Source of the DNA: a virus
Lineage: Duplodnaviria; Caudoviricetes
Direction: 5' to 3' (one strand)
Length of the DNA: 57,075 bases
IMG/VR virus record: IMGVR_UViG_3300030382_001515
Location: 1-57,075 of that record
Part shown: positions 44,781 through 57,000 of the stretch, piece after piece
How the letters are laid out: every line of letters begins with the position of its first letter
How positions within the stretch are numbered: the first letter of the stretch is position 1
Translations under genes and position numbers: made by a program
Notes under the pieces: model-generated
What the model was told of the DNA's origin: nothing
The model's input: only the letters and a program-made list of their open reading frames with translations
Database searches by the model: none

Positions 44781-45287
44781 ATGGCCGCTACTGCTACCGC
44801 TATTCTAATTGGTTCTGTCTTAGCTGGTGGAGCCACAGTTTACGCAGCTCAAAAGGCTGCCTCAAATGCTAGAAGAGCTGCTAAACAAGCTAGAGAAGAT
44901 GCACGTTTAATGCGTGAGCAATCTGATAAAGAGATTGCACAAATGCAGTCGAGTGCAAAACAGAATCAATTACAATTTGAAACTAATATAGCTGAGACTC
45001 GAAAACGAACACAATTATCTATTGACCAAGCTAGTGCGGCACAACAAACAGCACTTAAATCGATAGCTCAACAACGATCCACATCTCAGAGGGCTATACA
45101 ACAATCAAATTTACAAAGTAGAATCCAACAACAGCGGTCAGCTCATAACGTTGGTAGGAAATCTAGGAAGAGAGTTGGCACACCTAGAGCTTTAAGAACT
45201 AAAGTGGAGACAAACTCTGCTTTAGCTATGGGAGGTGGTACTGGGGGTGGTACAACTAAATCAGGTACTGGCGGTCTAAATGTCTAA
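44781..45287 (+). CDS. gp7.3-position virion protein, copy B
   Basis: Homolog of 1121-1630. Confidence 0.65.
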   Translation: MAATATAILIGSVLAGGATVYAAQKAASNARRAAKQAREDARLMREQSDKEIAQMQSSAKQNQLQFETNIAETRKRTQLSIDQASAAQQTALKSIAQQRSTSQRAIQQSNLQSRIQQQRSAHNVGRKSRKRVGTPRALRTKVETNSALAMGGGTGGGTTKSGTGGLNV

Positions 45288-46884
45288 AAACACAGCTCAG
45301 GCTCTTTATTCTTTTCTGGAGCCAGAGAAATCCATTTATCTCGATAGAGGTATTGAGTGTAGTAAATACACGCTACCTACTCTTATTACTGAGAATGATA
45401 AGAGTAGTGGGAGGAATCTCTATACAAAAATTAACACTACTTATCAAGGGCTGGGCGCTAGAGGTGTTAATCACTTAGCGAGCAAACTTTTGATTGCTCT
45501 ACTACCACCAAACCAAGCATTTTTTAGGTTATCTGTAGATGATATGAAGCTCCAGAAGGAGTTAGATAACTATAAAGAAATCCAATCACAATTTGATCAA
45601 CAACTTTCTCTAATGGAGAGGGCTGTTATGAGAGATATAGAGGAGTCAGGAGATAGGACTGCTTTATTTGAAGCTCTTAAACATCTCCTTGTTAGTGGAA
45701 ATGCTTTATTATATATAGCTGAAAACGGTACTAGGGTTTATCCTCTTAAGTCTTTCTGTTTAAAGAGAGATCCAGAAGGAAATATTTTAGAAGTAGTTAT
45801 TAGAGAAGAAGTTAGTACTGATGTTTTACCTGAAGGTACAGCTCCTAAGAATGGTGATGGTAAGTTTACAGATAAAACTACTTTCCTATTTACTCACGTT
45901 CAATGGGATTATAAGAAAGCTAAATGTAACTGGTATCAAGAAGTTTATAGCAAGAAGATAGGAAAACCAGGCTCTTCTCCTATGGATAAGTGTCCGTTCA
46001 TTCCTTTACGACTATTCCGAGTAGCTCACGAAGCTTATGGACGCAGCTTTTGTGAAGACCTATTAGGGGATCTTAAGTCTCTTGAGTATTTATCTAAAGC
46101 AATTGTTGAAGGATCTGCAGCCGCAGCTAAAATAATCTTCTTATGTAACCCAAATGGAACTACACGACCCGATGCGTTGGCTAGAGCTAGCAATGGTTCT
46201 ATTGTGGCTGGCAATCCTAATGATGTAGCACCACTGCAAATGAATAAGCAGGCTGACCTCACGGTTGCCCTGAATACTATTGCTCGTATAGAACAACGAC
46301 TTAGTTTTGCTTTCTTATTGAATAGTGCTATCCAAGCTGGTACTCAAGGTAGAGATAGGGTTACAGCAGAAGAGATCAGAATGATTGCACAAGAGCTTGA
46401 GACTGGTCTTGGAGGGGTTTACTCCATACTTTCTGTAGAACTACAGCTACCTATGGTTCATAGAAAGATGGCACTGATGGAACGTCAGGGCCGCTTACCG
46501 AAATTACCGAAGGATATAGTTAAGCCACGTATTACGACTGGACTAGATGCTTTAGGTAGAGGTAATGACAAAGTTAAACTAATTGAATTTATCCAAACCC
46601 TAGCTCAAACCTTAGGTCCTGAAGTTATGAGTAAGTTTGTTAATAACCAAGAACTTATTACAAGACTTGCTGCTTCTGACGGATTAGATACTTACAAGCT
46701 TATAAAATCTGAAGAAGATTTAGTGGCAGAAGAACAGCAACAGGCTATGATGATGCAACAACAAGCTGCAGGTCAGGATCCACAAAATGATCCTGCTAAA
46801 CAAGCAGCCCTTATTAAAGCAGAAAATGACTCAGTCAGGACGGGACAGGAAGTTGCAGCAGCCCAAGGTCAAGCTGGAGCCTAA
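45280..46884 (+). CDS. Portal protein, copy B
   Basis: Close homolog of 1623-3215. Confidence 0.95.
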   Translation: MSKNTAQALYSFLEPEKSIYLDRGIECSKYTLPTLITENDKSSGRNLYTKINTTYQGLGARGVNHLASKLLIALLPPNQAFFRLSVDDMKLQKELDNYKEIQSQFDQQLSLMERAVMRDIEESGDRTALFEALKHLLVSGNALLYIAENGTRVYPLKSFCLKRDPEGNILEVVIREEVSTDVLPEGTAPKNGDGKFTDKTTFLFTHVQWDYKKAKCNWYQEVYSKKIGKPGSSPMDKCPFIPLRLFRVAHEAYGRSFCEDLLGDLKSLEYLSKAIVEGSAAAAKIIFLCNPNGTTRPDALARASNGSIVAGNPNDVAPLQMNKQADLTVALNTIARIEQRLSFAFLLNSAIQAGTQGRDRVTAEEIRMIAQELETGLGGVYSILSVELQLPMVHRKMALMERQGRLPKLPKDIVKPRITTGLDALGRGNDKVKLIEFIQTLAQTLGPEVMSKFVNNQELITRLAASDGLDTYKLIKSEEDLVAEEQQQAMMMQQQAAGQDPQNDPAKQAALIKAENDSVRTGQEVAAAQGQAGA

Positions 46885-47059
46885 GGTTGTTATTTCAGAG
46901 GAGGTAGATACTGCACCTCCAAAAGTAGAGAATGAGATTGAACGACGTATTAGAGAATTAAAAGAACAAAAGCCTAATATCTATGAGGAGTATAAAAATG
47001 CTATTAAGAGTCAGAAACGTGCCACAATAGGCCCTGACTTATCTCTACGTGTCGGTTAA
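46787..47059 (+). CDS. Hypothetical protein overlapping portal end, copy B
   Basis: Homolog of 3130/3169-3393. Confidence 0.7.
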   Translation: MILLNKQPLLKQKMTQSGRDRKLQQPKVKLEPKVVISEEVDTAPPKVENEIERRIRELKEQKPNIYEEYKNAIKSQKRATIGPDLSLRVG

Positions 47060-47062
47060 ATT

Positions 47063-47716
47063 ATGGAGTTAAATTCTGGAGATGGCGCAGCTACGCAGGA
47101 AACTGGGCCGTATAACGAGGCGGATCTCGAAATTATCAAAGAGGGTGATCAAGCACAATCTCAAGAACAGCAACCACAAGAAGACCTTATCGGTGGTAAG
47201 TTCAAAACTGCAGACGACCTCCTTGAGGCTTACCAAGCGCTTGAAAAGAAACTTGGAGACCGTGCAGGCTATCAAAGGACTGAAGAGGAATCTAAGGAGG
47301 GAACAGAAGAGACTGAAGCGAAAGGAGCTGATCTAGATGATGGTCCTATTACTCAGGAAGAAGAGACTGCTATTTTAGAAAGTGTGGGAGGTAAAGAGTC
47401 TTTCACCAAGATACAAGAGTGGGCTAAAGGCGCTCTTAATGAAGATGAGCTAACCGTCTACAACAGGGAGGTTGCTAGTGGTGATTACTTCAGAGCGAGG
47501 AATGCGCTTCAATCTATGGCGTTTGCTTATACCGAAAGTAATGGCTCTGAACCAAACTTAATAGGAGGAAAACTAACAGGTCGTAGTACTGATGTATTTC
47601 GCTCTAATCAAGAAGTTGTAGAAGCTATGAGTGATCCTAGGTATCTTAAAGATTCTGCTTATACACAGGATATAGAAGAAAAGCTAGGACGTAGTGACGT
47701 ATTAACACCTAGATAA
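47063..47716 (+). CDS. Scaffolding protein, copy B
   Basis: Homolog of 3397-4038. Confidence 0.9.
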   Translation: MELNSGDGAATQETGPYNEADLEIIKEGDQAQSQEQQPQEDLIGGKFKTADDLLEAYQALEKKLGDRAGYQRTEEESKEGTEETEAKGADLDDGPITQEEETAILESVGGKESFTKIQEWAKGALNEDELTVYNREVASGDYFRARNALQSMAFAYTESNGSEPNLIGGKLTGRSTDVFRSNQEVVEAMSDPRYLKDSAYTQDIEEKLGRSDVLTPR

Positions 47717-47745
47717 GCTAATATTAAAGAAGCTTAAGTATTTAT

Positions 47746-47774
47746 ATTGTTGCCTCTGAGGAGATAACAGCAGT
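47746..47774 (+). promoter_or_regulatory. Capsid leader stem-loop, copy B
   Basis: Identical to 4066-4094. Confidence 0.6.
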
Positions 47775-47811
47775 GGTGTACTAAGCATTAAGCATTTTAA
47801 CTATTAAATCG

Positions 47812-49230
47812 ATGCCAGATTTTTCGAGCATCTCCAGGTTAGGTGGCATTAATGGCGCTCAGTATAACGCCAACTCTGCTGCTGGCAACTACGAAAAGGA
47901 GAATGCAAATTTCATGAAAATCTTCTCTGGAGAAGTCCTAACGGTCTTCAATAGGGAAACTATTTTCAAAGACTTAACCCAAAAGCGTACCATCTCATCG
48001 GGAAAATCCGCTGAGTTTCCAATCACGGGACGTTTTTCTAGCCGCTACCATCGTCCAGGCGATTGGATCACAGGCCAAGGCAACAAAGGGATGACAGGAT
48101 CAAAGATTATTACAATCGACGATCTACTTATCGCAGATGCCTCGATCTATGATTTAGATGAAGCCAAACTTCACTGGGACGTTAGGTCTATATACTCAAA
48201 AGAATTGGGTAGGGCACTTTCAAGAGCCTATGACCAGCGTCTAGTTCGCACACTTCAAACAGCTTCCGAGTCTGATGGTCGTGTTAAGGACTGGGATTCT
48301 AAGAGATTCCAAATTGCAGGTGGTACTGTAGCTTCTGTTGCAACTGCCACAGGTGTTGTAACTATAAGCGCTAACTTCGCAACTGCTGAGCTTTCATACT
48401 GGGCTGTTGGTGAAAGTGTTTATGGTGAAGACTCAGGTGCTTACGGTGTTATCACTGCAGCTCCTACAAACGGTGCTGCTGTATTCACAATCAGTCCTGT
48501 TGGTGCTATTGGTACTGGTACTGATTCAGTCTTCAAGGTTGGAGAGCGTCTATTCGTTCTTAATTCACTTCCAGGTGGAACAGCCATAACAACAGGAACA
48601 CTTAGCGCTACGAGAGCTACTCGTGGTGATGAGATTGTTGAGCAGTTCTATCAGGCTTGCCAAGCACTTGACGAGAAAGACGCTCCTCGTGAGGGTCGTG
48701 TCGCAGTGGTTGGACCTGGCGCTTACTATGACTTGATCTCTTCTGCAAGAGCAATCAACACTGACTGGAACTCAGGCGGTGGTGAGAACGGTTCCTTCAA
48801 AGGAAACAAAGTTCTTAGTGTTGCTGGTTTTGATATCAGGGTATCTAATCACCTTGGTGACAACGCTTACAACTCAGCTCGTCAGGGCTACATCGGTCAA
48901 GCTAACCAAGCTGCTACAACTCGTGGTGAACGTCCTAACTACATCAATGGTAACGACGGTTCCGACGGTACGGCTGCTGCAGGTACTAACGACTACTGGC
49001 AGGATGAGCAAGGTAATACTTCAAGTATTGCTAACTTGTTCGCTCTTTGCTTCACTAAAGAAGCAGTGGGTACAGTAGCTCTTAAGGATCTGAATATGCA
49101 GATGACTGGTTCTGAGTACAAAGCGATGACTCAGAGCACCATGATGGTTGCTTCTTATGCTGTTGGTCACGGTATACTCCGTCCCGACTGCTGTGTAAGC
49201 ATCAAGCATGATGGCACAAACCGCTGGTAA
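47812..49230 (+). CDS. Major capsid protein, copy B
   Basis: Close homolog of 4133-5545. Confidence 0.95.
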   Translation: MPDFSSISRLGGINGAQYNANSAAGNYEKENANFMKIFSGEVLTVFNRETIFKDLTQKRTISSGKSAEFPITGRFSSRYHRPGDWITGQGNKGMTGSKIITIDDLLIADASIYDLDEAKLHWDVRSIYSKELGRALSRAYDQRLVRTLQTASESDGRVKDWDSKRFQIAGGTVASVATATGVVTISANFATAELSYWAVGESVYGEDSGAYGVITAAPTNGAAVFTISPVGAIGTGTDSVFKVGERLFVLNSLPGGTAITTGTLSATRATRGDEIVEQFYQACQALDEKDAPREGRVAVVGPGAYYDLISSARAINTDWNSGGGENGSFKGNKVLSVAGFDIRVSNHLGDNAYNSARQGYIGQANQAATTRGERPNYINGNDGSDGTAAAGTNDYWQDEQGNTSSIANLFALCFTKEAVGTVALKDLNMQMTGSEYKAMTQSTMMVASYAVGHGILRPDCCVSIKHDGTNRW

Positions 49231-49255
49231 TTAATTCCTTAATTACGAATACAAT

Positions 49256-49282
49256 AAGGGGAGGCGTAAGTTTCCCCTTTTT
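49256..49282 (+). terminator. Terminator after capsid gene, copy B
   Basis: AAGGGGAGGC-gtaa-GTTTCCCCTT plus T run. Confidence 0.8.
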
Positions 49283-49290
49283 GTTTAAAT

Positions 49291-49926
49291 ATGGCAACTA
49301 CAAAACTACAAGCAGTAAATACTCTTCTATCCATTATTGGAGAAGCACCAGTTAACTCATTGGTTCCTCCTTTAACAGGTGATACAAGTCTTGCAGACAG
49401 TGTTATTGATGAGATAAGTAAAGAGATACAAGGAGAAGGGTGGTCTTGGAATACTATGATGTATGATTCAATACCCCTAGATACGAATGGACATAGCTCT
49501 CTTCCTAGTAATACCCTTGCTGTAAGATTTAACCCAGTTTCATACCCAACCCAACGTTTTGTATTAAGAGGTATAAAGTTATTTGATCGTGTCAAGAACT
49601 CCTATGATTTAAGAGGAAGTCTTGGTGTGGCTTTAACTGGTAGTACTACAGATTTAGTTGCTGAACTTATAGAAGAATTAGTTTGGGATGAGGTACCAGA
49701 AACAGGTAAACGTTATATCATGATACGAGCTGGAAGAATCTTTGCTAACAGAGCTATAACATCAACCAGCATAGAAGCCTATACTCAAGAAGATGAAGAG
49801 AATGCTCGTCAGATATTAAAACGTACAGAGGATATGGCACAGAACTGTAACTTCATTAGTGGTCCTGATGATTTATATGATGGTCGTGTAAGAACTACCT
49901 TTGGTCCTGATATTCTCAACCGCTAA
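49291..49926 (+). CDS. Tail tubular protein A, copy B
   Basis: Homolog of 5608-6246. Confidence 0.92.
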   Translation: MATTKLQAVNTLLSIIGEAPVNSLVPPLTGDTSLADSVIDEISKEIQGEGWSWNTMMYDSIPLDTNGHSSLPSNTLAVRFNPVSYPTQRFVLRGIKLFDRVKNSYDLRGSLGVALTGSTTDLVAELIEELVWDEVPETGKRYIMIRAGRIFANRAITSTSIEAYTQEDEENARQILKRTEDMAQNCNFISGPDDLYDGRVRTTFGPDILNR

Positions 49927-52900
49927 TGTCAAAAGAACTTTTTAGTCAGATAATTGGTCCACTGAATAAAGGAGTGAACCAACAGGCAGATAGCTTTGTC
50001 TTACCAGGTTTTGCTAAGACACTTGAAAATGGTAACTGTGATCTTGTAGAAGGTCTTAAGAAGAGGCTTGGATCAGTTCCCGTAAAAAGGATTGATACTC
50101 TTACTAAGAATGCAGGAGGTAATACTTTAGTAGGAACAATCAAGTGGGATGAAGCTTGGGTATACGTTTACAACAGGAGTAGTGATGAAAGGTTCATACT
50201 TATTGTCGCTGATGACAGCAGGACTATTACTAAAACTGTTAATACTGTCAATAACTCTGCGGTACTTACTGTAACTTCAGGAGGGATGACTGATCTATTT
50301 GTAGGATCAATAGTCACAGGAACAGGTATAGGAGCTGGAGCAAAAATCGTAGAGATAGGAGCTAGTACTATTACTGTTGATAAGAACTCAACTGCAACTG
50401 CCTCAGGTATTACTGCCACCATTGAATCTAACTATACATTTACTGCAGGGGTATCCAATGTAGAGCCTATAAGTGGCACACTCCCCAGTGTGGTTCCTGT
50501 TGAACAGACATTTGCAAATATAACTAATACAAATCTTGAATACCTACGTGGGTCAGGTAGAGCTAGGGATAGGTTTAGAGCAACCTCATTCCAAGATTAT
50601 GTATTTATAACAAATACACAAAAGAAAACTGCTTATGACAGCTCAGAAACTTTAACGAGATATAATATCGGATCTATAAGTAGTGCTTACCAACCTATAA
50701 AGGCTCAAGTTTGGGTTAAGCTCGTTGACTACAATACAGAGTATTCAGTTGATATTGAGCTAGACGACGGAGATAAGATAAACGGTCATTATATGACACC
50801 AACTCTTACTGACACTAGTGGTAACGCAAACGTTGTTAGTTCTGCCACTATTGCAGAAAGACTAGTTACGTATACAAACACTATTACAGGAACTACAACC
50901 AGTGGCAACCCTACGATTACAAGCGTTAGTACTACTGCAGCTACAGGAGATATTTGGAAAGTTCACGGTGGAGAACTCATTACTGGTACAGGTATACCAT
51001 CCAATACTTTTGTTAAAGATGGAAGCGTTGACACTTCAGCGGGTACTTTCACTCTTGTTAATGAAGCTGGGTCTAATGTAAACGCAACAGCTAGTGGAGC
51101 TGTAACTCTTACCCTTAAGCACGGCTTAGATGATTGTGATATTAACAATAAACTTACATTTGAAGTAAAGGATTCTCAGATATTAATAGGATGTGCCAGC
51201 GCTTCTAGATACATCAAAAGCTTTGTAGCCTCTGACGCTAGAGGTAATAGTTTAATGTCTGGTTTTTCTAATCAGGTTACCTCTATAGTTGATCTTCCTA
51301 CCACATCTTGGGAAGGCTACACAGTACTTGTAGCTCCAGATGGTACAGCAGATAAGAGTTCTTACTATTTAAAATTCAACGCTGAAAATACTACAGTTGC
51401 TGGTACTTATGGTAGAGGTACTTGGGAAGAATCTAGCGGTTGGGGTGCTAGAGGAAAGCTAGATGACAATACAATGCCTCACGCTTTTGTTTATTACAGA
51501 AATGCTGATGGTCTTGTAAGGTTCACATTTCAACCCTTTAGTGGTAGTAATTATACAGACGGTACTATAACTATTGCGTTACCTGGCTGGGTTGAAAGAT
51601 TAGCAGGTGATGAGAGTGAACAGGAGGGTCCTTCTTTTGTTGGGTTTACTATTAATGATGTTGTGTTCTTTAAGAACCGTTTAGGGTTCATTAGCGGAGA
51701 AAACGTAATACTCAGTGAAGCTGGGTCTTACTACAACTTCTGGCAGCAATCAGCTCTACAGGTTATAGACAACGATCCTATAGATTTAACAGCTGTTAGT
51801 AACGACGTCGCTGTACTTAACTATGCTTTACAGCAGCAGGATGAATTAGTACTCTTCTCTAATGAGAACCAGTTCAGACTCTACTCAGGTGACAACGTAA
51901 CGTTTAGTCCTGAGACTGCCTCTGTAGGTAGGATTAGTTCCATCACTATGGAAGCAAAGGTTAAACCACAGCAGGTAGGACCTCAAGTAATTTTCCCAGT
52001 TAGAGAGGGTGACTTCACTGGGATGCATACTTTCATTACTACAGACAGAACAGTAGGAATAAACCTAGGTCAAACTGCTGTTATTACAGAGACAATACCT
52101 AAGTACATCCCTAAGAACATAGATTCTTTAGCTGTAAGTAGAACTGATCAATATTTAGTAGCCCTTAGTGGTGATGATCCAGATGCTTTATATATATATC
52201 AATTCTTCTGGGAAGCTACTGGTGGCTCACTAACTAACAGACAGAACGCTTGGTCTAAGTGGACATTCCCTAACAAAGACATCTATTGGTGTGACTTTGT
52301 TGAGGGTACTTTATTTACACTGGTTAAGTATACGGAGAATAGTGTTGTTAAGTATTACCTGGAAGGTATAAACGCTTCTAGACCTCCTCAAGATGAGAAG
52401 GATCTGTTTTTACTAGATAGACAATTATCTAGTTCTATTACTACAGATTTAGGAGCCCCAACATTTACCTATAGCGGCCTTACTAATAAAACAACAGTAA
52501 GTCTCCCTTACTACACCGTTAACGATAGTCAGTTTGTCATTCTCAAAAAGGATACAACAGATGCAACAGAGTCTGCGAAGCGTTGGATCGTGGCTGCTTC
52601 TATTCCGGCTGGGGTTAACTCTTTTGTTTGCGATAGCTTGGGAGATTTTAGTGGTGCGAACGTTTCTTGGGTCTTTGGGGAGAAAGTTACATTCAAGTTT
52701 ACTCCGCCTCAGCTCATGCCCTATAGCAAAACTGCGACAGACAACACTTTTATTGGCAATCGTACTGGTCGCCTTCAGCTACGATATGTGGATGTTTACT
52801 ACAATGATGCACGATACTTCACCATCGACGTGACTCCTGATTTCAGAGATAAGAAAACTTACGAGTTCGATAGAAGAGACCCTCTTAATGCGAACATCGT

Positions 52901-53066
52901 GTTAAGCCAAGCATCTGACTTTGATGAAAGTAAGTTCAGAGCTTATATCCAAAGTAAGAACGACCAAGTTAGAGTAGAAGTAGTAAACGACAGCATTGAT
53001 CAAGCTAAGTTCGTCGCTTTAGAATGGACTGGCTTGTACTTTGACGTAGCGAGGAAGTACGGTTAA
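49926..53066 (+). CDS. Tail tubular protein B, copy B
   Basis: Homolog of 6246-9386, same length. Confidence 0.92.
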   Translation: MSKELFSQIIGPLNKGVNQQADSFVLPGFAKTLENGNCDLVEGLKKRLGSVPVKRIDTLTKNAGGNTLVGTIKWDEAWVYVYNRSSDERFILIVADDSRTITKTVNTVNNSAVLTVTSGGMTDLFVGSIVTGTGIGAGAKIVEIGASTITVDKNSTATASGITATIESNYTFTAGVSNVEPISGTLPSVVPVEQTFANITNTNLEYLRGSGRARDRFRATSFQDYVFITNTQKKTAYDSSETLTRYNIGSISSAYQPIKAQVWVKLVDYNTEYSVDIELDDGDKINGHYMTPTLTDTSGNANVVSSATIAERLVTYTNTITGTTTSGNPTITSVSTTAATGDIWKVHGGELITGTGIPSNTFVKDGSVDTSAGTFTLVNEAGSNVNATASGAVTLTLKHGLDDCDINNKLTFEVKDSQILIGCASASRYIKSFVASDARGNSLMSGFSNQVTSIVDLPTTSWEGYTVLVAPDGTADKSSYYLKFNAENTTVAGTYGRGTWEESSGWGARGKLDDNTMPHAFVYYRNADGLVRFTFQPFSGSNYTDGTITIALPGWVERLAGDESEQEGPSFVGFTINDVVFFKNRLGFISGENVILSEAGSYYNFWQQSALQVIDNDPIDLTAVSNDVAVLNYALQQQDELVLFSNENQFRLYSGDNVTFSPETASVGRISSITMEAKVKPQQVGPQVIFPVREGDFTGMHTFITTDRTVGINLGQTAVITETIPKYIPKNIDSLAVSRTDQYLVALSGDDPDALYIYQFFWEATGGSLTNRQNAWSKWTFPNKDIYWCDFVEGTLFTLVKYTENSVVKYYLEGINASRPPQDEKDLFLLDRQLSSSITTDLGAPTFTYSGLTNKTTVSLPYYTVNDSQFVILKKDTTDATESAKRWIVAASIPAGVNSFVCDSLGDFSGANVSWVFGEKVTFKFTPPQLMPYSKTATDNTFIGNRTGRLQLRYVDVYYNDARYFTIDVTPDFRDKKTYEFDRRDPLNANIVLSQASDFDESKFRAYIQSKNDQVRVEVVNDSIDQAKFVALEWTGLYFDVARKYG

Positions 53067-54022
53067 TGGCAAAAGGACCAACCTATACACCATCTTTGGG
53101 TTCAGCTTATTCAGGAGCGAACTACGACTGGAGTGGTACGAGTAGTATTAGTTTTTCACAAGGAGCGAAACTTAATACTGGAAATCTGATAAAGAGCTCT
53201 CCTAACATATCGAGCAAGAACCAGTTCATGTCTCCTGGCATGATGGCAGGTCTTGATGCTGGGTTTGCGGTTGCTGGTATGTATTTCCAACACCAAACTA
53301 ATAAGTACGAAACTCAACGTCAAAACGCTGTAGCAGAACAACAGTACTACAGAGCAAAGCTTAATAAGGAGAAAGAGAACTACCGTAATTTTGCAGTAGA
53401 TCTACGGAACTGGTATAGAGATACAGATTGGGTAGAACAGCGTAGACAGTATGAACAGAAACGTAAGGAGCTTCAAGCTGGGTATAAGGGGGAAGTAACT
53501 ATTGCAGCTACTAAAAACTTTGAAAGGATGATGGCTAATATTGAAGGTAGGTTTTATGAAGAAGAAGCTAGAGATATCGTTCAGTTAGACAGCATTAGAA
53601 CTGAGTTTATATCTCAAGCAGTTAAGAAGGTAGCTTCTGGACAGGCTGGTAGAACAGTCAAAGCTTTAGGTAATCAATTTGAGCAACAGTGGTTAGCTAA
53701 CCTCAGTAACCGCAATATTACTCGTAGGTTTAGGATACAAGATAAGGAGAATCAAAAGGTAGCTGCAGACACAGCTAGAGAGAACTCAGTTAACGCTGTT
53801 CAGTTCTATACACCAACACCTCTTGCAGACACTGTGAAACCTATGATGCCTCTACCTGTTGAAGGTGTTGCACCTACTCCAGCTACATCAACTGGAGGTT
53901 TAGGAATTAAGATTGCTCAACAGGGTCTAAAATCCTATCAAAAATACATTGATGCACAGCCTTCTTACCCGAAGGGTGATGCTCCAAAACGTACTCCAGT
54001 TTCACTAGGCGAATCTAAATGA
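53066..54022 (+). CDS. Internal virion protein (gp14-like position), copy B
   Basis: Shared core with 9386-10279 (WYRD.DWVEQRR, NIEGRFYEEEA); different termini. Confidence 0.65.
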   Translation: MAKGPTYTPSLGSAYSGANYDWSGTSSISFSQGAKLNTGNLIKSSPNISSKNQFMSPGMMAGLDAGFAVAGMYFQHQTNKYETQRQNAVAEQQYYRAKLNKEKENYRNFAVDLRNWYRDTDWVEQRRQYEQKRKELQAGYKGEVTIAATKNFERMMANIEGRFYEEEARDIVQLDSIRTEFISQAVKKVASGQAGRTVKALGNQFEQQWLANLSNRNITRRFRIQDKENQKVAADTARENSVNAVQFYTPTPLADTVKPMMPLPVEGVAPTPATSTGGLGIKIAQQGLKSYQKYIDAQPSYPKGDAPKRTPVSLGESK

Positions 54023-57000
54023 CAAGTAGCGGTGGTAGAAACCAGTTTCAAATAACTCCTAAGAGGTCTCAATTTGAGGACTTAGCACCTCAAGCTGAAA
54101 AGCCTGAATTACCTGGAGCACCAGCTCAACCAAATAAAGAGCGATATCAAACTGGTGGGCAGTTATATGATAAGTCTTCCTTTCAACCAGATAACAGATT
54201 ACAATCTGCTGTTGATTCAATAGAAGCGTTTATAGATCCTCAAACTGGTGGTTGGACTAAATCTCAAGAGATGCTTCTTCAACATTGGAGAGGAGAATCT
54301 CAAAAGATAGCAGATTCAGTAAGACAGGCAGATTCTTGGTTGGATTCTGTTGATGCTGCTACTAAAAATGCAGAGAAAACTGCTGATGTAGTTAGGCTTT
54401 TAGAAAAGAAAGGTGAAATTGAATTAGCTAGAGAAACAGCTTTAAACGATAATACAAACGCTTTTTACTACTGGGATGCGGTTGCTTATGACGCAGGTAG
54501 AGATGCTGCAATTACTTTAAGAGATATAGGTGTTAAAGATTTACAGCATATAGCTTCTTTGGATGAAACTAAGAGAGGTTTATACATACAGAAACTTGCA
54601 TCAGGAGCACTTAAAGGAACAGAACATATACCTTCAGCAGCTAGAGCAGCGAGAATAGATCCACTAATGGCCTCTGTTACTGCTGAATTAAAAGCAGAAG
54701 CTAATAGTAGAGCTAGAGAATTTAAAGATGATATAGATAGACGTACCTCTACTCAATTGCTTAGAGGAGCAGTTAGTGAAACTTCTAGATTAATCTTCGC
54801 TGATAAAGATGGTCCAGTAGCAGTATCCAGATTAAGGTCTGGGCTTACGAACCAAAGAGGGTTCTGGATGATTACTAAAGGTAAAAGCGGTAAGTTTGCT
54901 ACTGAACAGTTATCTTTATCAATTCAAAATGGAGATCTATTTGTAGACGTTGCAGGAGCTACAGATTCACAAGGGAACCCTATAGGCGATTCTTGGAATG
55001 ATTGGGGGCAAGCTGGAGTAGGTATAGATGCTTCTTATTTTCTTAAGTCTTTAGATGGGATGATGGTTCCTGATGGTAACGGCGGAATGATAAACCAGTT
55101 AGAGGCTAAAGATTCTAAGGGTATAACTATAAGAGAGAGGATACAGGAGTATGGGAAAAAGCAGTCAGCATTATATACAGCTCATCTTAAAGCTAAAGAA
55201 ACATCTTTATCTGCAATAACGAAAAACTACAAACGTGGCATTGTAAATGAGTCTAATGACTGGGATGAAAAGAATCCAGGTGCTAGTTATCAACAGATAG
55301 AAACTCAAAGAAATAAGGTAAGAGCTTCTATTGAAAAAGATATGGAGAGTAACGGTACTCTTAAAGACCTATTTGGTGATGGTGATATAGAGAAGTTGTT
55401 AAATAGGGCTTATCCTCTTGATCTTTTAAAGACACCTGTTGAGCTAAGAAACGACGTATTAGACGCAGTAGAGTTGTCTATTTATGAAGACGGAGACTTG
55501 GAGATCCCTCCAGACATCATGAGGATGATGACAAATAATGACGGTAAACTTTACGATGTTTATAAAGATGTTCGTAAGACGTATAGAGATGCAAATAAAG
55601 AAGCCTTTAAAACTAACAGAACTTTAATAAAGAATCTTGTTAGGGAAAATGTAACCAGTTTAAAGGGTGAATTACCTGTAATACTAAGAGATCATCCAGG
55701 TTTAACAGATTTATATAACGGTTCTAATGAGGGTAAAGCTCACGCAAAAGATTTAGTAGATGCTGCGAAAGCTAAAATATTCCCAATATTAGAACCTAAG
55801 TTTAACGAACTTTTAAGGAAGAAATATAGAGCAGCGTTAGTTGCTAAGAAAGACATCAATAGTGAAGCAGTTCAAAAAGAGATATATAACTCAGCTCTTA
55901 ACGACCTTAAGAGTGATCCACTTCTAGGTGATATTGACTCATGGATCGTAAAAGTACCAGGAACTAACCAGTGGAAGCTTAGAAATATAGCTAAACCAGA
56001 GGGTGTAGTACTCAGCTACCCTAACGGTAGGTTTGTACCAGGGCAGATAAACACACCAACAGGTAATGGTAATAAGGCTAATTTTACATATAGCGATAAC
56101 GGTTTAAGCGCATCACTGTATTACCAAGGTGAGTTCGTAGGACCAAATGCTAGAAGTGCCTTTGATGAATTTACAAGAGACACTATTCTCATACCTGAAG
56201 ACCACTTAAAAGCTTGGTCACACGCAAGGACTCTTCTTTCTCAAGGGAAGCCCATACCTGACGGTCTCATCACCAACGATATGAGAGAGACTCTAACTAA
56301 TTTAAGTACTAGGGCTACTAACGGTGCAGTACAACCTTGGGAACTCTTAAAAAGATCGCATGAAGTTTTCTATGGTAATACAAAAATGAACGCATTAGGT
56401 CTTAGTGATGAAGACAATAAAGGTTTTTATCAACAGCTAGGCTCCTTAACAGGCTCAGTTAGTGCTTCTAATAATGCTGATGATTCTATGGATGCTTCAA
56501 GTATTACAGTTAAGCCTATGACAAGGCTTATATATGGGGTAAATAACTACGGTGTATCAGTATCTCTAACTAAAGGTAACGATCAACAGTTTTCAAATGA
56601 CGTACCTACACCTGTAAATGGTGAGATTGTTGAAGTTGGTAATAATAAGATTGATGGTAATTTCATAGTCATCAGAACGAATAGTAAATCTAATTACAAC
56701 GAAAAGGGTGACTTAGTTAAAATCTCTAATTTAGCTGAAACCAACGTTGAGGTTGGAGATGTGGTAGAGCCAGGAGAGCAGATAGGCTTACAAGGAGATG
56801 ATACAGACCTTAACAGTGGAGAAAGGTCTACCACTGGTCAAATAGTTTCTCCAGGGCATCTCACTGTTCAGATATTCCAAGGTGATACAGGAGAAGTAGG
56901 TACTGATACTCAATACAGTCAAGGTTATAACACAGCATTTGTTAACGGTATGTTCATACCTCTTTATACAGATGTGCTAGCAGCGGCTAATGAAGTACCT